NCBI RefSeq assembly: GCF_000007225.1
Contig: NC_003364.1
Span: forward strand, 510,001 to 542,000
Length of the DNA: 32,000 nt
Reading direction: 5' to 3'
Source: Pyrobaculum aerophilum str. IM2
Lineage (GTDB): Archaea; Thermoproteota; Thermoprotei; Thermoproteales; Thermoproteaceae
Made by a program: the position numbers and the translations under genes. This document shows positions 1-8,870 of the stretch, piece after piece; position 1 is the stretch's first letter, and each line of letters begins with the position of its first letter. The notes below the pieces were generated by a model. It was not told where the DNA came from, did no database searches, and saw only the letters and a program-made list of their open reading frames with translations.

Positions 1-1001
1 TGTACGAAGAGGGCTTAACCTCTAGAGATGTTGAGTCTGTTTTCTCCGTCTTAGAGCCTGGCATAAGGAAGTTGTTAGGGAAGCTGGAGTCAATCGGGTG
101 GCCTAAGAGTCACAAGCTTGAGGAGGAGCCTTACGATAAGACTAAAATGGAGGCTGCAATTAGGGAAGTTCTTGAATTAGTCGGCTACCCCAAGGGCAGG
201 TTTAGAATAGACATTTCGCCTCATCCATTTACCATCGGCATTACGACGCCCTTTGATGTGAGAATTACCGTGAGGTACAGGGGAGTGGACTTTAAAGAGC
301 CGCTTTTCTCGGCGTTGCACGAATACGGCCATGCCCTTTACGAGCTGAACGTAGACGAGTCTCTGGCCATGACGCCGGTGGGAACCGGCGTGTCGCTCGG
401 AGTTCACGAGTCCCAATCCCGATTTATGGAGAACGTAATAGGTAGGAGCAGGGAGTTTGTTGAAAAAATAGCGCCCATACTGCGGAAGCACCTCGACTTC
501 CTCTCGAAATATGGAAACGACGACTTGTTTTACTACTTCAACGTGGTTAGGCCGAGTTTAATACGTACAGAAGCCGATGAAGTTACGTATAATTTACATA
601 TCTTACTGCGGTATAAGCTGGAGCGCTTAATGATCACAGGCGAGGTGAAGGTTAACCAGTTGCCGGAGCTTTGGAATAGCGAAATGGAACGTCTCCTGGG
701 CGTGAGGCCGAAAAACGACGCGGAGGGGGTTCTGCAAGACGTCCACTGGAGCCACGGCTCAATAGGCTACTTCCCGACGTACACCCTGGGCAATGTGGTG
801 GCCGCAATGATTTACTATAAACATGGGAGAATACGGAGTTTAGTAGCCGAGGGCAATATAACGGCCATTAAGGAATATCTCAGAGAGAAGATACATAAAT
901 GGGGTAGCGTCTACCCGCCAAAAGAGCTCCTGATGCGGAGTTTCGGCGAGGCTTACAATGCCGAATACCTCGTTAAATACCTAGAGGAGAAGTATAGTTA
1001 A
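1..1001 (+). CDS. M32 (carboxypeptidase Taq-like) metallocarboxypeptidase, C-terminal part; the 5' end lies outside the window
   Basis: The frame of ORF 72..1001 stays open back to base 3 (YEEGLTSRDVESVFSVLEPGIRK...), so the window edge truncates the gene. It has the HEYGHALYE zinc-binding HExxH, HESQSRF, and the IRTEADEVTYNLHILLRYKLE block typical of M32. Confidence 0.9.
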   Translation, partial: YEEGLTSRDVESVFSVLEPGIRKLLGKLESIGWPKSHKLEEEPYDKTKMEAAIREVLELVGYPKGRFRIDISPHPFTIGITTPFDVRITVRYRGVDFKEPLFSALHEYGHALYELNVDESLAMTPVGTGVSLGVHESQSRFMENVIGRSREFVEKIAPILRKHLDFLSKYGNDDLFYYFNVVRPSLIRTEADEVTYNLHILLRYKLERLMITGEVKVNQLPELWNSEMERLLGVRPKNDAEGVLQDVHWSHGSIGYFPTYTLGNVVAAMIYYKHGRIRSLVAEGNITAIKEYLREKIHKWGSVYPPKELLMRSFGEAYNAEYLVKYLEEKYS

Positions 1002-1636
1002 CACACGTTGCACAAGCGGGAGAGCGCACTGCACATATCAACTCCCTTTTTAAAGCCGTCTTCCCTACGCATAAAAGTCCCCCACGCCAACTCGTAATCC
1101 TCTATTACAACGCTTTTTAACATATCCTCAATAGGGGGGGTGTACTCTCTTATTAAACCAGCGCCTCTGGCCAGTTGTATGACGTAGTTATTCAGCCCCA
1201 CTCTCGCTCTAAACAATACGTAACTCGCCGCGTCGCAATTGTCGCGGAGTTTGATAACTCTACCGTCAAAATACAGCGGCCGGCCTAATTTTGCCGTAAG
1301 CTCGGCCGAGGCTTGCGAGGCCAACACGCTGATAATCTTAAACGTCCTGCCGCCATAAGGGGCCGCTCTGAAAAATAAGAGGTTTATCTCGTCGCTAACT
1401 ACGTGGACGTAATCAGCCCCCTGGGTCAGCGCCAGCGATTTAGCCACTTCCACAAGCGCGTTGTGTACAAGGCGGCTCCTCGGCGGAGGGAAGTCCTTAA
1501 GCCTCTTCCCGAATCCCACGCCGTCTAGCCTCACCGCGAAGGGGACAGTTGCGGGCTCGCACACAGCCTCTCTTTCTCTAAACCTCATTTCAAGCAGACG
1601 GGGGTTCTCGGCGATTAGCCTCTTTAAGAAATCCAC
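998..1636 (-). CDS. thg1: tRNA(His) guanylyltransferase, Thg1-like protein
   Basis: The N-terminal block VRLDGVGFGKRLKDF followed by VVSDEINLLFF matches the Thg1 palm-domain signature (RxDGxxF ... SDEhS). At 212 aa it has the size of archaeal Thg1-like proteins. It converges on the M32 gene with a 4-nt overlap. Confidence 0.8.
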   Translation of the reverse strand: MDFLKRLIAENPRLLEMRFREREAVCEPATVPFAVRLDGVGFGKRLKDFPPPRSRLVHNALVEVAKSLALTQGADYVHVVSDEINLLFFRAAPYGGRTFKIISVLASQASAELTAKLGRPLYFDGRVIKLRDNCDAASYVLFRARVGLNNYVIQLARGAGLIREYTPPIEDMLKSVVIEDYELAWGTFMRREDGFKKGVDMCSALSRLCNVC

Positions 1637-1676
1637 GAGTAATGTTATTTTTTAAAAATGGAATGCAGAGCCGGAT

Positions 1677-2144
1677 GTGAAGTACAAATTTAGAAACGTC
1701 GTGCTTGGGGGGACCTTCGACACCCTACACTCAGGCCACGTCAAGCTGTTAGCCACGGCCACTCTAATAGGAGACAGGATTTTAATAGGGCTTACAAGCG
1801 ACTCCTTTGCCTCTACTTATAAACAGTATAAGGTGAGGCCCTTCTCTGTGAGGCTTGCCAATTTGAGGAATTTAATGAGCCTAATAGCGCCCGAGCGGGA
1901 GGTGGCGTACGTTGAAATTCACGACCCGTACGGCCCCGCCGTCTTTGACCCCAGGTTAGAGGCAATTGTGGCCAGCATAGAGACCGCCCCCCGCGCCCTT
2001 CAAATAAACGACGAGAGGGCGAAGAGAGGCCTTAGGCCAATGGAGGTTTTTATTATTTCCACGGTTAGAGACGGCTACGGCCACACGCTCTCCTCTACGT
2101 ATATCCGCAGAGTCTTAGAGAGACCCGAGTCTAAGCAGAGCTAA
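1677..2144 (+). CDS. Phosphopantetheine adenylyltransferase (archaeal/eukaryotic type cytidylyltransferase fold)
   Basis: GGTFDTLHSGHVKLL carries the (T/H)xGH nucleotidyltransferase motif, and LSSTYIRR is the C-terminal ISSTxIR-like motif. The protein is 155 aa with a GTG start. Confidence 0.8.
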   Translation: MKYKFRNVVLGGTFDTLHSGHVKLLATATLIGDRILIGLTSDSFASTYKQYKVRPFSVRLANLRNLMSLIAPEREVAYVEIHDPYGPAVFDPRLEAIVASIETAPRALQINDERAKRGLRPMEVFIISTVRDGYGHTLSSTYIRRVLERPESKQS

Positions 2145-3434
2145 CTCGCGGTACGTCTCCGCCGCTTTGTCGCAGTTATTCACGCAGAGCGTGGGCCCTG
2201 CCAGTAAGTCAATACGGCGGAACTCAGCCCCTCTCTCTTTCAGGAATTTAAACACGTCTGTGTAAATAATCTCTGAGTGGCTGTAGTCGCGGAATACAAC
2301 GAGGTAGTTATAGACTGTAGACCAAGCCTCGTAAGGGCTGTCCGCGGGGGGCAGGCCGTAGTCCTCCAGCCTCACGGCCGGTTGTGGCGGCTTAATTTTC
2401 GCGAGCCTCTTGGCGAGATCGGCGACGTAGAGAATGTTCTCCATCTCTGCGTGCGTATCTGAGGGGCTGTGGTAAAAGCTCCATGTATCTCTAAGCGACG
2501 AGATTGTCACAGAGGGTAAGCCCCACCTCTCGTAATGGACGCTGTCGAAATAAGCCTCTGGGCTCTCCACTGGCCCCAAGCCCTTTAAAAACTCGTGTAA
2601 ATAAGGCATTGCGTACATTCTCGGAGTGCCCACGCCCACAACGTCTATATTAACCAAGGGCGTCGGCTTCCACCTCTTGAAGTAATTAAGAGAGCCCCAA
2701 GCCCAGTAGAAAGAGGGCACGTGGGGCCCCACCCCCTCCTCGGCTGTGAAGAGCCCCAAGGCGATGGGCGTATCGTCTGCAACAAGTTCAGTAAACGCCA
2801 AGATGGCGGCCTCCAGGCCGGCGCAATTATCAGTGGCGCCGGCTAGCCAGTGATCCCAGTGGGCTGATATCATAGGCGTGTTTTCAAAACTATTAAACGC
2901 TATGAGACTGTAACTATACGTAACGCGCGACTTGACGTCTATTATTAGCCTAGCTCTTTTGCCAACATACTCTCCAGCGTTTTCAAAACTGGCCACTGGC
3001 ACAGGCGTAGGCGCAGAGTCCAGCTTATAGCCGTACTCCCCAGTTACGACAATGCGGCGCGCGGGCTTGCCCGTAAATACCACGGCCTGGGCCCCTCGCC
3101 GTGCGGCGTCAATAACTACATACTTAGCGTCGTCCACGTCTTGTGGAAACTCTGCAACTGCTATATTGCCCTCAACGTCGCCGTTTATGGGGACAAGCCT
3201 CCCCTCTATAGACGCAGAGTTGGAATAAGGCATTGCTAAGCCCGTTATTCTCTCATCGCCTATCTCCAGCCGCGTCTCTACATCTTCCCACGCCAATACC
3301 TCCACTGGAGATAGGTGGAACCAAACTCTTGGGGCGTCTAAAAAGGCGATAAGCCACTGCAAAAACTCCCTCTCTCCAGGCCCCCCGGCTATTAAATCTT
3401 TATAAGCCACGCACTTCTTAAAAACCTCAGCCAT
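2115..3434 (-). CDS. M28-family metallopeptidase with PA-like insert
   Basis: AHWDHWLAGATDNCAGLEAAILAF supplies His/Asp metal ligands plus a DNxxG block. FTAEEGVG supplies the EE pair. GNIAVAEF...AARRGAQAVVFTG resembles a protease-associated domain. Confidence 0.7.
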   Translation of the reverse strand: MAEVFKKCVAYKDLIAGGPGEREFLQWLIAFLDAPRVWFHLSPVEVLAWEDVETRLEIGDERITGLAMPYSNSASIEGRLVPINGDVEGNIAVAEFPQDVDDAKYVVIDAARRGAQAVVFTGKPARRIVVTGEYGYKLDSAPTPVPVASFENAGEYVGKRARLIIDVKSRVTYSYSLIAFNSFENTPMISAHWDHWLAGATDNCAGLEAAILAFTELVADDTPIALGLFTAEEGVGPHVPSFYWAWGSLNYFKRWKPTPLVNIDVVGVGTPRMYAMPYLHEFLKGLGPVESPEAYFDSVHYERWGLPSVTISSLRDTWSFYHSPSDTHAEMENILYVADLAKRLAKIKPPQPAVRLEDYGLPPADSPYEAWSTVYNYLVVFRDYSHSEIIYTDVFKFLKERGAEFRRIDLLAGPTLCVNNCDKAAETYRELALLRLGSL

Positions 3435-3450
3435 AAGTCAGCGCTTTTAA

Positions 3451-3798
3451 TTAAAGGCTCTCCACGCTGTAAATATTTAGTTTATCTAAAATACGGTCTA
3501 GCTTACTATTTATCTCGGCTAGAAGCTTTGCCACATCTCCCGTCTGCGCCGCCTGCAAGCTCTCTATTGTTTTTTTCAACTCTTTAACCACATCTATAAG
3601 GGCATCTAGCCTTTGGAAAGCCCTCATAACATTATCGAGGTCGTTTTTAACCTCGTCGAGTTTTTGCATATTTAAATAAGTGGCCAAGATGATTAATTCC
3701 TGTATGCTGTCCACTTTCTTCTTTTTCTCAAATTTATTGAGAGTCTCTACAGCGAGGGTTCTCACTGCGGACTCCACTCTTTTAACTAACTCGCTCAC
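3451..3798 (-). CDS. Hypothetical coiled-coil protein (115 aa), probable short paralogue of the 21732..22307 product
   Basis: The ORF is clean with heptad-like L/I/V spacing throughout. Its N-terminal KKKKVDSIQELIILATYL resembles EGKKLSTEDIFLLYLGTI of the 191-aa protein. A TATA-like AT-rich stretch lies just upstream at 3800-3825 on the minus strand. Confidence 0.6.
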   Translation of the reverse strand: MSELVKRVESAVRTLAVETLNKFEKKKKVDSIQELIILATYLNMQKLDEVKNDLDNVMRAFQRLDALIDVVKELKKTIESLQAAQTGDVAKLLAEINSKLDRILDKLNIYSVESL

Positions 3799-3917
3799 AA
3801 AAGGTTTATTTTAATACAATTAAAAATATGGCGGTTAGTGATGAGGGGATCGATGGAGGGAAATGTGACGACGGAAGAGACGACCTGATACTTATAAATG
3901 TCAATTGTCGATTAGGC

Positions 3918-4196
3918 GTGAAAAGAATTGTGGTGAGGGCTAGGGGTGAGTTGAACGTGCCAGGCGTGCCCATACTGAGGATCTTAAAAGGCGAGGCCCT
4001 TCGGAATAGCGTAACTGGCGAAGCGCGCCTCGAGGGGGATACTCTATACGCAGTCTTAGAGGGGCCGGACGAGTCTGTGGAGAGGCTCTTAAAATTCTTG
4101 CCAATGGCGTCTCCCGCTATAAAAATTAGAGAAATGCAAATTAGAGAAGAGGACTACACAGGCAAATACCACGGCTTTAAGATAACGCCCTCTTAG
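3918..4196 (+). CDS. Acylphosphatase-like domain protein (about 92 aa from GTG 3918; the ORF track extends it to ATG 3828)
   Basis: VKRIVVRARGE...GEALRNSVTGEARLEGDTLYAVLEGPDESVERLLKFL...HGFKI follows the beta-alpha-beta-beta-alpha-beta layout and length of acylphosphatase/HypF-N domains, but the canonical VxGxVQGVxFR loop is not conserved. The first 30 codons of the longer ORF (MAVSDEGIDGGKCDDGRDD...) look non-protein-like. Confidence 0.45.
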   Translation: MKRIVVRARGELNVPGVPILRILKGEALRNSVTGEARLEGDTLYAVLEGPDESVERLLKFLPMASPAIKIREMQIREEDYTGKYHGFKITPS

Positions 4197-4986
4197 CCCG
4201 CCTCAAAAGGAGGTCTACCTCTTTTACCACCTCTCTACTCTCTTCAACCTCCTGCGCCGTCTGTTGCGCCTCTCCTTTAAGCCCTTTGATGAGACTAGAC
4301 ATGGCGGTTTTAAACACTTGAGCCGTGGAGGGGCATTCAATTGATATGTAAAATCGCCGTCTAGCTCTCAGCGCCTCGCCCAATTTATGGAAAAAGGCCT
4401 CCGAGGCGAAGAAATACCCGACTGGGTCTCTGCGGTGTATATCAAACCCCAGTTGCAACATCACTGGCCCCTCAACTGCGTCTAATATGAAATCTAATAC
4501 CTTGTGAAAGCTCCTATCACCTGCGCCGGGAGGCAACGGGAAGGCGACGACGTTATATCCCCTCTTGGCTAAGTACCGATAAGAGGGCCCATCCGCCCCT
4601 CCATATACTAAGAATAGGGGGAATTTGTGTTCTAAGTGGAACTCCCATGTGCCCCAAGGGAAGTGCCTATCTACGCTCACGACTGCCGCGCCGAGGCGTT
4701 TAGCTATATACGCGCTTGCGTTAAAAAACCCGCCGCGCGGCGAGTGTAAGCCGACGTTAATAGTGCCTCCGACGTAAATAATAGCCCTTTCTCTTTTCAA
4801 AGCCTCTTCGGCCACGGCTACGGCGGCTAGCACCTCGGACTCCCGCCTCCTCGCCTCTTTAATGAATATATCGCTGTGAATCTCTCTGACAACATCCCAC
4901 GTGCCCAGCCCATAAACTACCTCCGCCCCTGCCTCTTTTAGGCTTTGTGACACCCAATCTGAGAAGTCCGCGTGTATGAGGAGCAC
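4177..4986 (-). CDS. Histone-deacetylase/arginase-fold protein, divergent and short (269 aa)
   Basis: GGFFNASAYIAKRLG resembles GFCxxNNxAIA. VSVDRHFPWGTW resembles DxDxHHGxGT. LQLGFDIHRRDPVG resembles GFDxHxxDPLG. The Zn-ligand positions (D, H, D) appear retained, while the catalytic His-His pair region is altered (LHSPRGG). Confidence 0.55.
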   Translation of the reverse strand: MLLIHADFSDWVSQSLKEAGAEVVYGLGTWDVVREIHSDIFIKEARRRESEVLAAVAVAEEALKRERAIIYVGGTINVGLHSPRGGFFNASAYIAKRLGAAVVSVDRHFPWGTWEFHLEHKFPLFLVYGGADGPSYRYLAKRGYNVVAFPLPPGAGDRSFHKVLDFILDAVEGPVMLQLGFDIHRRDPVGYFFASEAFFHKLGEALRARRRFYISIECPSTAQVFKTAMSSLIKGLKGEAQQTAQEVEESREVVKEVDLLLRRAKRALS

Positions 4987-5090
4987 GGGGGTTTATAAAG
5001 CTATTAATAAAACATTTAAACTGGGCAAGAGTTTTACTCGGCTAATAGGTGACGACTTGAACCCGGCCGGAGCGGTGAAGAGAGACCCGC

Positions 5091-6035
5091 ATGGGTCCTG
5101 TGGAAATAAATAAATACACCCTTCTTCACGGGCTCAATGGAGGGGTTTATGAACTAGAGGAAAGGCTCTACTCCTTGTTAAACGAGAGGGCTAAGTTTAA
5201 CGTCCCCCCTCTTATAAACGGGGTCTTAGCGCCAATTATAGCCTCTGAGGTTTCCAAAAGGCATAAGCCGGTAGTAGCCTATCTAGGGCCTGAAAAGTCG
5301 TTTACATGGGAAGCGGCCGCCGCGTTGTTTCCGCAAGGGGATTTAATGCCGTGTAAATCAATATCCGAGGTATTCGACAAAGTGGAGAGCCGCGCGGCTG
5401 ATTACGGCGTAGTGCCTTTTATTAACAGCCTCGAGGGGCCGGTGGGGGAGACTATAGACATGCTCGCCACTCACAATTTAAACATTGTGACAATGGGAGA
5501 GATGCGAATTACTTTATGTATTGCGAAAAAGGGGGCGCCTAGAGTGATTTACACGCATCCCCACGCCGCGGCTCAAGCTAGAAGGGCAGTGGCGGCTTTA
5601 GGAGCCCATGTGGTGTATACGAACTCCACCTCCGAGGCTGTAAAGGAGTTTGAGAAGTGCGAAAGAGACTGCGCCGTGTTAGCCTCGCCCAAGGCTTTAG
5701 AAGCCGTGGAGAGGACATGCGGCGTAGAAGACGGGGAGAGTTACACGAGGTTTGCAGTAATATCGCGGGCCGGGAGGGAGTCCGGCGAGCGCGCCGTTTT
5801 GATCTTCGCAGTTCCCAACGTGGCAGGCGCGCTTTATAAAGCGCTGGGGCCGATAGCCAATAGGGGGATAAACATGACGCTTATATACTCGCGGCCAACG
5901 CGCCTATCGCCGTGGGATTACTACTTCGTCGTGGAGGTTGAAGCAGGTGAGGGGCTTGATGACGCTGTGGAGGAGATGAAGCGGTATACCACAATGCTAA
6001 AAGTGGCGGGCAGGTACAACGTAATTAGAATTTAA
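5091..6035 (+). CDS. pheA: Prephenate dehydratase with C-terminal ACT domain
   Basis: VAYLGPEKSFTWEAA, YGVVPFINSLEGPVGETID and TRFAVIS are followed by an ACT-like region, LIFAVPNVAGALYKALGPIANRGINMTLIYSRPT. Confidence 0.9.
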   Translation: MGPVEINKYTLLHGLNGGVYELEERLYSLLNERAKFNVPPLINGVLAPIIASEVSKRHKPVVAYLGPEKSFTWEAAAALFPQGDLMPCKSISEVFDKVESRAADYGVVPFINSLEGPVGETIDMLATHNLNIVTMGEMRITLCIAKKGAPRVIYTHPHAAAQARRAVAALGAHVVYTNSTSEAVKEFEKCERDCAVLASPKALEAVERTCGVEDGESYTRFAVISRAGRESGERAVLIFAVPNVAGALYKALGPIANRGINMTLIYSRPTRLSPWDYYFVVEVEAGEGLDDAVEEMKRYTTMLKVAGRYNVIRI

Positions 6036-8139
6036 CCAGTTGTCTAGCCTGTTCAATTATTGACTCGGCTAGTTTTTCGCCGAAGCCCGGGAGAGACGCT
6101 ATTTCTCTCACAGAGGCTCTGGCGATATCTCTCAGAGTCCTAAAGCCGAAGTTGTACAAAATCCTCGCGCGCACTCTGCCCACGCCCCTCAAGGCAGTTA
6201 CTAGCTCAAGCAACTCCTCTCTCACGCCGTATATAACGCGGGCTGTCACTTTTTCTAAATTGCGACGATGCCCCTCAAGCCCGATCATCCCGGCGAGTTT
6301 AGCCGCGGCGTTTCCAAGCCAGTCAAATAGGTCGAGATATACGCGCAAATCGCCAGGGGCTACCTCAAACCGCTCGTATATTTTGTCCTCATCCTCTTCC
6401 TCAATCCACGCCCTCAACATGGCCACAGTCTTCACAATTTCTTCAAACTCCTCGTCTTCTTCCACGTCTAACGCCGAAAGCACCTCCTCGGCAATCTCCC
6501 TACTCGCCTTACCCCGCCTAACTCTTGGGAAGTCCGGCGCAGTTAATACAATGTATAAATAGGCGGACACCGCCTCTTTCCGCATTGATTTTAACAAGCC
6601 TATATACCTAGCCGCAGTCTCTGGGTCTAGGTAGAGCCTAGCCACTTGCCTCCCCAGCTCTGTGGCGTATACTAACTCCCCGTCCCGCTCCATAAATCCC
6701 CATTTTATAAGCTCGTCGACGGCGCTTGCCACTTTAGATCTTAACAGCGCTGTTTTTAGAGAGGTCTTCACTTGGTGGTAGCCAAGGGTATTTGAGAAGA
6801 AGTCCACTAACTCGTCTATAGACTTGGCGTAGCCGCCCCCCACGGCGCCTAAGACATGAGATCTAAGATTAGGCGCCGAGAGTATATGCGATTTGACGTC
6901 CTCTACGCGCCCCCTTAAATACCTCTCCATTAAGTAATCCACCTCGCCTCTGCTCCTAGCAACAATAACAGCCTCGCCATAGGGGTCCATGCCCGGCCTC
7001 CCGGCGCGGCCAGCCATTTGTCTATACTCTAACACTGGGATCTCCTCCCTGCCCAATACTGGGTCAAACCTCTCGTAGTCGGCAATAACAACCCGCCTCG
7101 CGGGGAGGTTAACCCCGGCGGCCAGCGTGGTGGTGGACACCACCACTTTTATCACCCCCCTCCTAAAGCCCTCTTCCACAAGCCTCCTGACCTCCAGCTC
7201 TAAGCCTGCGTTGTGAAAAGCAACGCCCCTAGCGATTAGATCGGCCAGCTCCCTGCCAATTATCTTACTGGTTGAGGCGTTTATAACTTCATTGGCTAAG
7301 GACTGGGCCTCGGCGGGGTTTATGAGCCTGGCTGGGTGCGCCGCCACGGCCTGGGCGATGGCCTTTGCGATGCGCACAGTGGACGACCTGCTGTTTGTAA
7401 AAACAAGCGCTTGCCCCCCGCCCGCCACGGCGTCAATGGCCAGGGCTATTTCGGCCTCACCGCTGCCCAGGGATTTTTTAGAGCCGTCTGCGAAATAAAT
7501 CTTGCCGCCGTAATAAACCCCCTCTCTAAGAGGAACAGGCCGCCAGCTGGAGGACACGAGCCTCGCTCCCAACCAGCTGGCAACCTCCTCGGCGTTTCCC
7601 ACAGTGGCGCTGAGGCCTATAAACTGAGTTCTCAAGCCCAAGTGCCTCACTTTGGCGATAATAGACTCCAAGACAGGCCCCCGCTTCGGATCGCCTAGGT
7701 AGTGGATCTCATCTACTACAACCAGGCCCACTGAGCCCAGCCAGCTCGGCCTGTGGCGGAGGAGGCTGTCCAGTTTTTCATACGTCACTACCACAACGTC
7801 ATATTCATAAAGCCTCTTGTCCTCAGAGTCGAAATCCCCCGTGGAAATCCCTACTCTGGCCAATTTGCCGTAGTAGGAGAAGTGGAGTAGCTTTTCTTGC
7901 GCCAAGGCCTTAAGCGGCACTGCATAAAGGGCCATTTTGCCCTCCAAGGCGGTCTTGACAGAGGCCACTTCTGCCAATAACGACTTGCCGGAGGCAGTGG
8001 CCGTGCACAACAAGAGATTTACCCCGTCGAAAATTCCAGCCTTTACGGCCTCCACCTGCGGGGGGAACAACTCCCTAACTCCCCTCTCCTTCAAGACTGC
8101 TATAAGCCTGGCGTCAAGAGGCAGTTCGGAGACGTCCAC
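6025..8139 (-). CDS. hel308: Hel308/Hjm Ski2-like DNA helicase
   Basis: Walker A is CTATASGKS, the DEIH box is VVVDEIHYLGD, the SAT motif is LSATVGN, and motif VI is YRQMAGRAGRPG. The C-terminus has an HhH-like region (ASLPGFGEKLAESI). The protein is 704 aa. Confidence 0.9.
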   Translation of the reverse strand: MDVSELPLDARLIAVLKERGVRELFPPQVEAVKAGIFDGVNLLLCTATASGKSLLAEVASVKTALEGKMALYAVPLKALAQEKLLHFSYYGKLARVGISTGDFDSEDKRLYEYDVVVVTYEKLDSLLRHRPSWLGSVGLVVVDEIHYLGDPKRGPVLESIIAKVRHLGLRTQFIGLSATVGNAEEVASWLGARLVSSSWRPVPLREGVYYGGKIYFADGSKKSLGSGEAEIALAIDAVAGGGQALVFTNSRSSTVRIAKAIAQAVAAHPARLINPAEAQSLANEVINASTSKIIGRELADLIARGVAFHNAGLELEVRRLVEEGFRRGVIKVVVSTTTLAAGVNLPARRVVIADYERFDPVLGREEIPVLEYRQMAGRAGRPGMDPYGEAVIVARSRGEVDYLMERYLRGRVEDVKSHILSAPNLRSHVLGAVGGGYAKSIDELVDFFSNTLGYHQVKTSLKTALLRSKVASAVDELIKWGFMERDGELVYATELGRQVARLYLDPETAARYIGLLKSMRKEAVSAYLYIVLTAPDFPRVRRGKASREIAEEVLSALDVEEDEEFEEIVKTVAMLRAWIEEEDEDKIYERFEVAPGDLRVYLDLFDWLGNAAAKLAGMIGLEGHRRNLEKVTARVIYGVREELLELVTALRGVGRVRARILYNFGFRTLRDIARASVREIASLPGFGEKLAESIIEQARQLVKF

Positions 8140-8172
8140 ATCGCATCAACACTAAAGACATAAAAACCCTCC

Positions 8173-8602
8173 TCAGACGCAAAGCTCGTGGACGTACACC
8201 ACGTCGACTAACCCCCTTGCGTATTGCCACAGCTCTACATCATAAGTCACTAACGGTAAGCCCGTCCGCCTAGCCGCCTCTACTAAAGAGATGCTGACGA
8301 GATCTAAAGGCGCTGGGGCTGGATATCGCCACTTCGGCCGCCAGAGCTGTTTAATTGAACGGCGGCCAGCGCGTGTGTGTATATACATGTGGCCACCCCT
8401 GCGCCGTAATGCCTTGTAGAGCCTCAGCGATGGCGAAAGAGGCGGTGTACAGCCCAGTCGTGCTTACAGCTAGCAATATACAGTTCCATACCTCGCTTTC
8501 AATCCCGGCGTCTTCGCCGAGCTCAACAGCTTGAGGCAAAGCCCCTTGTAATAAAATACGCACTGTAAGAATGCCAGCGTTAACTCCTTTGTAAATATCC
8601 AC
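8173..8602 (-). pseudogene. PIN-domain (VapC-like) gene split into two frames
   Basis: The downstream ORF ends with a typical PIN C-terminus: DLVSISLVEAARRTGLPLVTYDVELW (Dxxhh..A...g..LvT.D). The upstream ORF (83 aa) plus the downstream ORF (71 aa) together give PIN-domain size. The two frames overlap at 8351-8388, across a gtgtgtgtatata tract at 8373-8385. Confidence 0.5.
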
Positions 8603-8870
8603 AGTTACAACGGCCTTTTACCTACCTGGGAGGCACCCCCAACACGGCCGAGATATAGACATAATATATCTCCACCCTCCACGTGCCGTTGTTTCTCTCA
8701 GCCTTAATAACTCTAAAATTTGGCGGCAGATACCGCCACTTGTTGCAAATAGCTCTTAATTCTCACGGCCGTTACACTCCGCCTTTAAAGGTTGCACATG
8801 TCAATATGCGACGCGGTTAAAAAGCTTGTATTACCTTTTATAGCTTTTTAACTGGGGCTGTGGTTTATAT

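Noticed and set aside
6152-8155. Antisense ORFs inside hel308 (136, 68, 120 and 72 aa on the + strand).
   Set aside because: They are Ser/Ala/Arg-rich shadow frames of a GC-rich gene whose sense strand carries every helicase motif.
8603-8870. A possible replication origin or ORB elements in the 270-bp spacer upstream of mcm. Short CACGGCCG/ACGGCCGT-like strings recur near 8644, 8686 and 8764.
   Set aside because: The recurring strings are only 7-8 bp and GC-rich, so they are expected by chance at this composition. There are no long inverted ORB-like repeats, no AT-rich unwinding element and no adjacent orc1/cdc6 gene. I cannot support an origin call from sequence alone.
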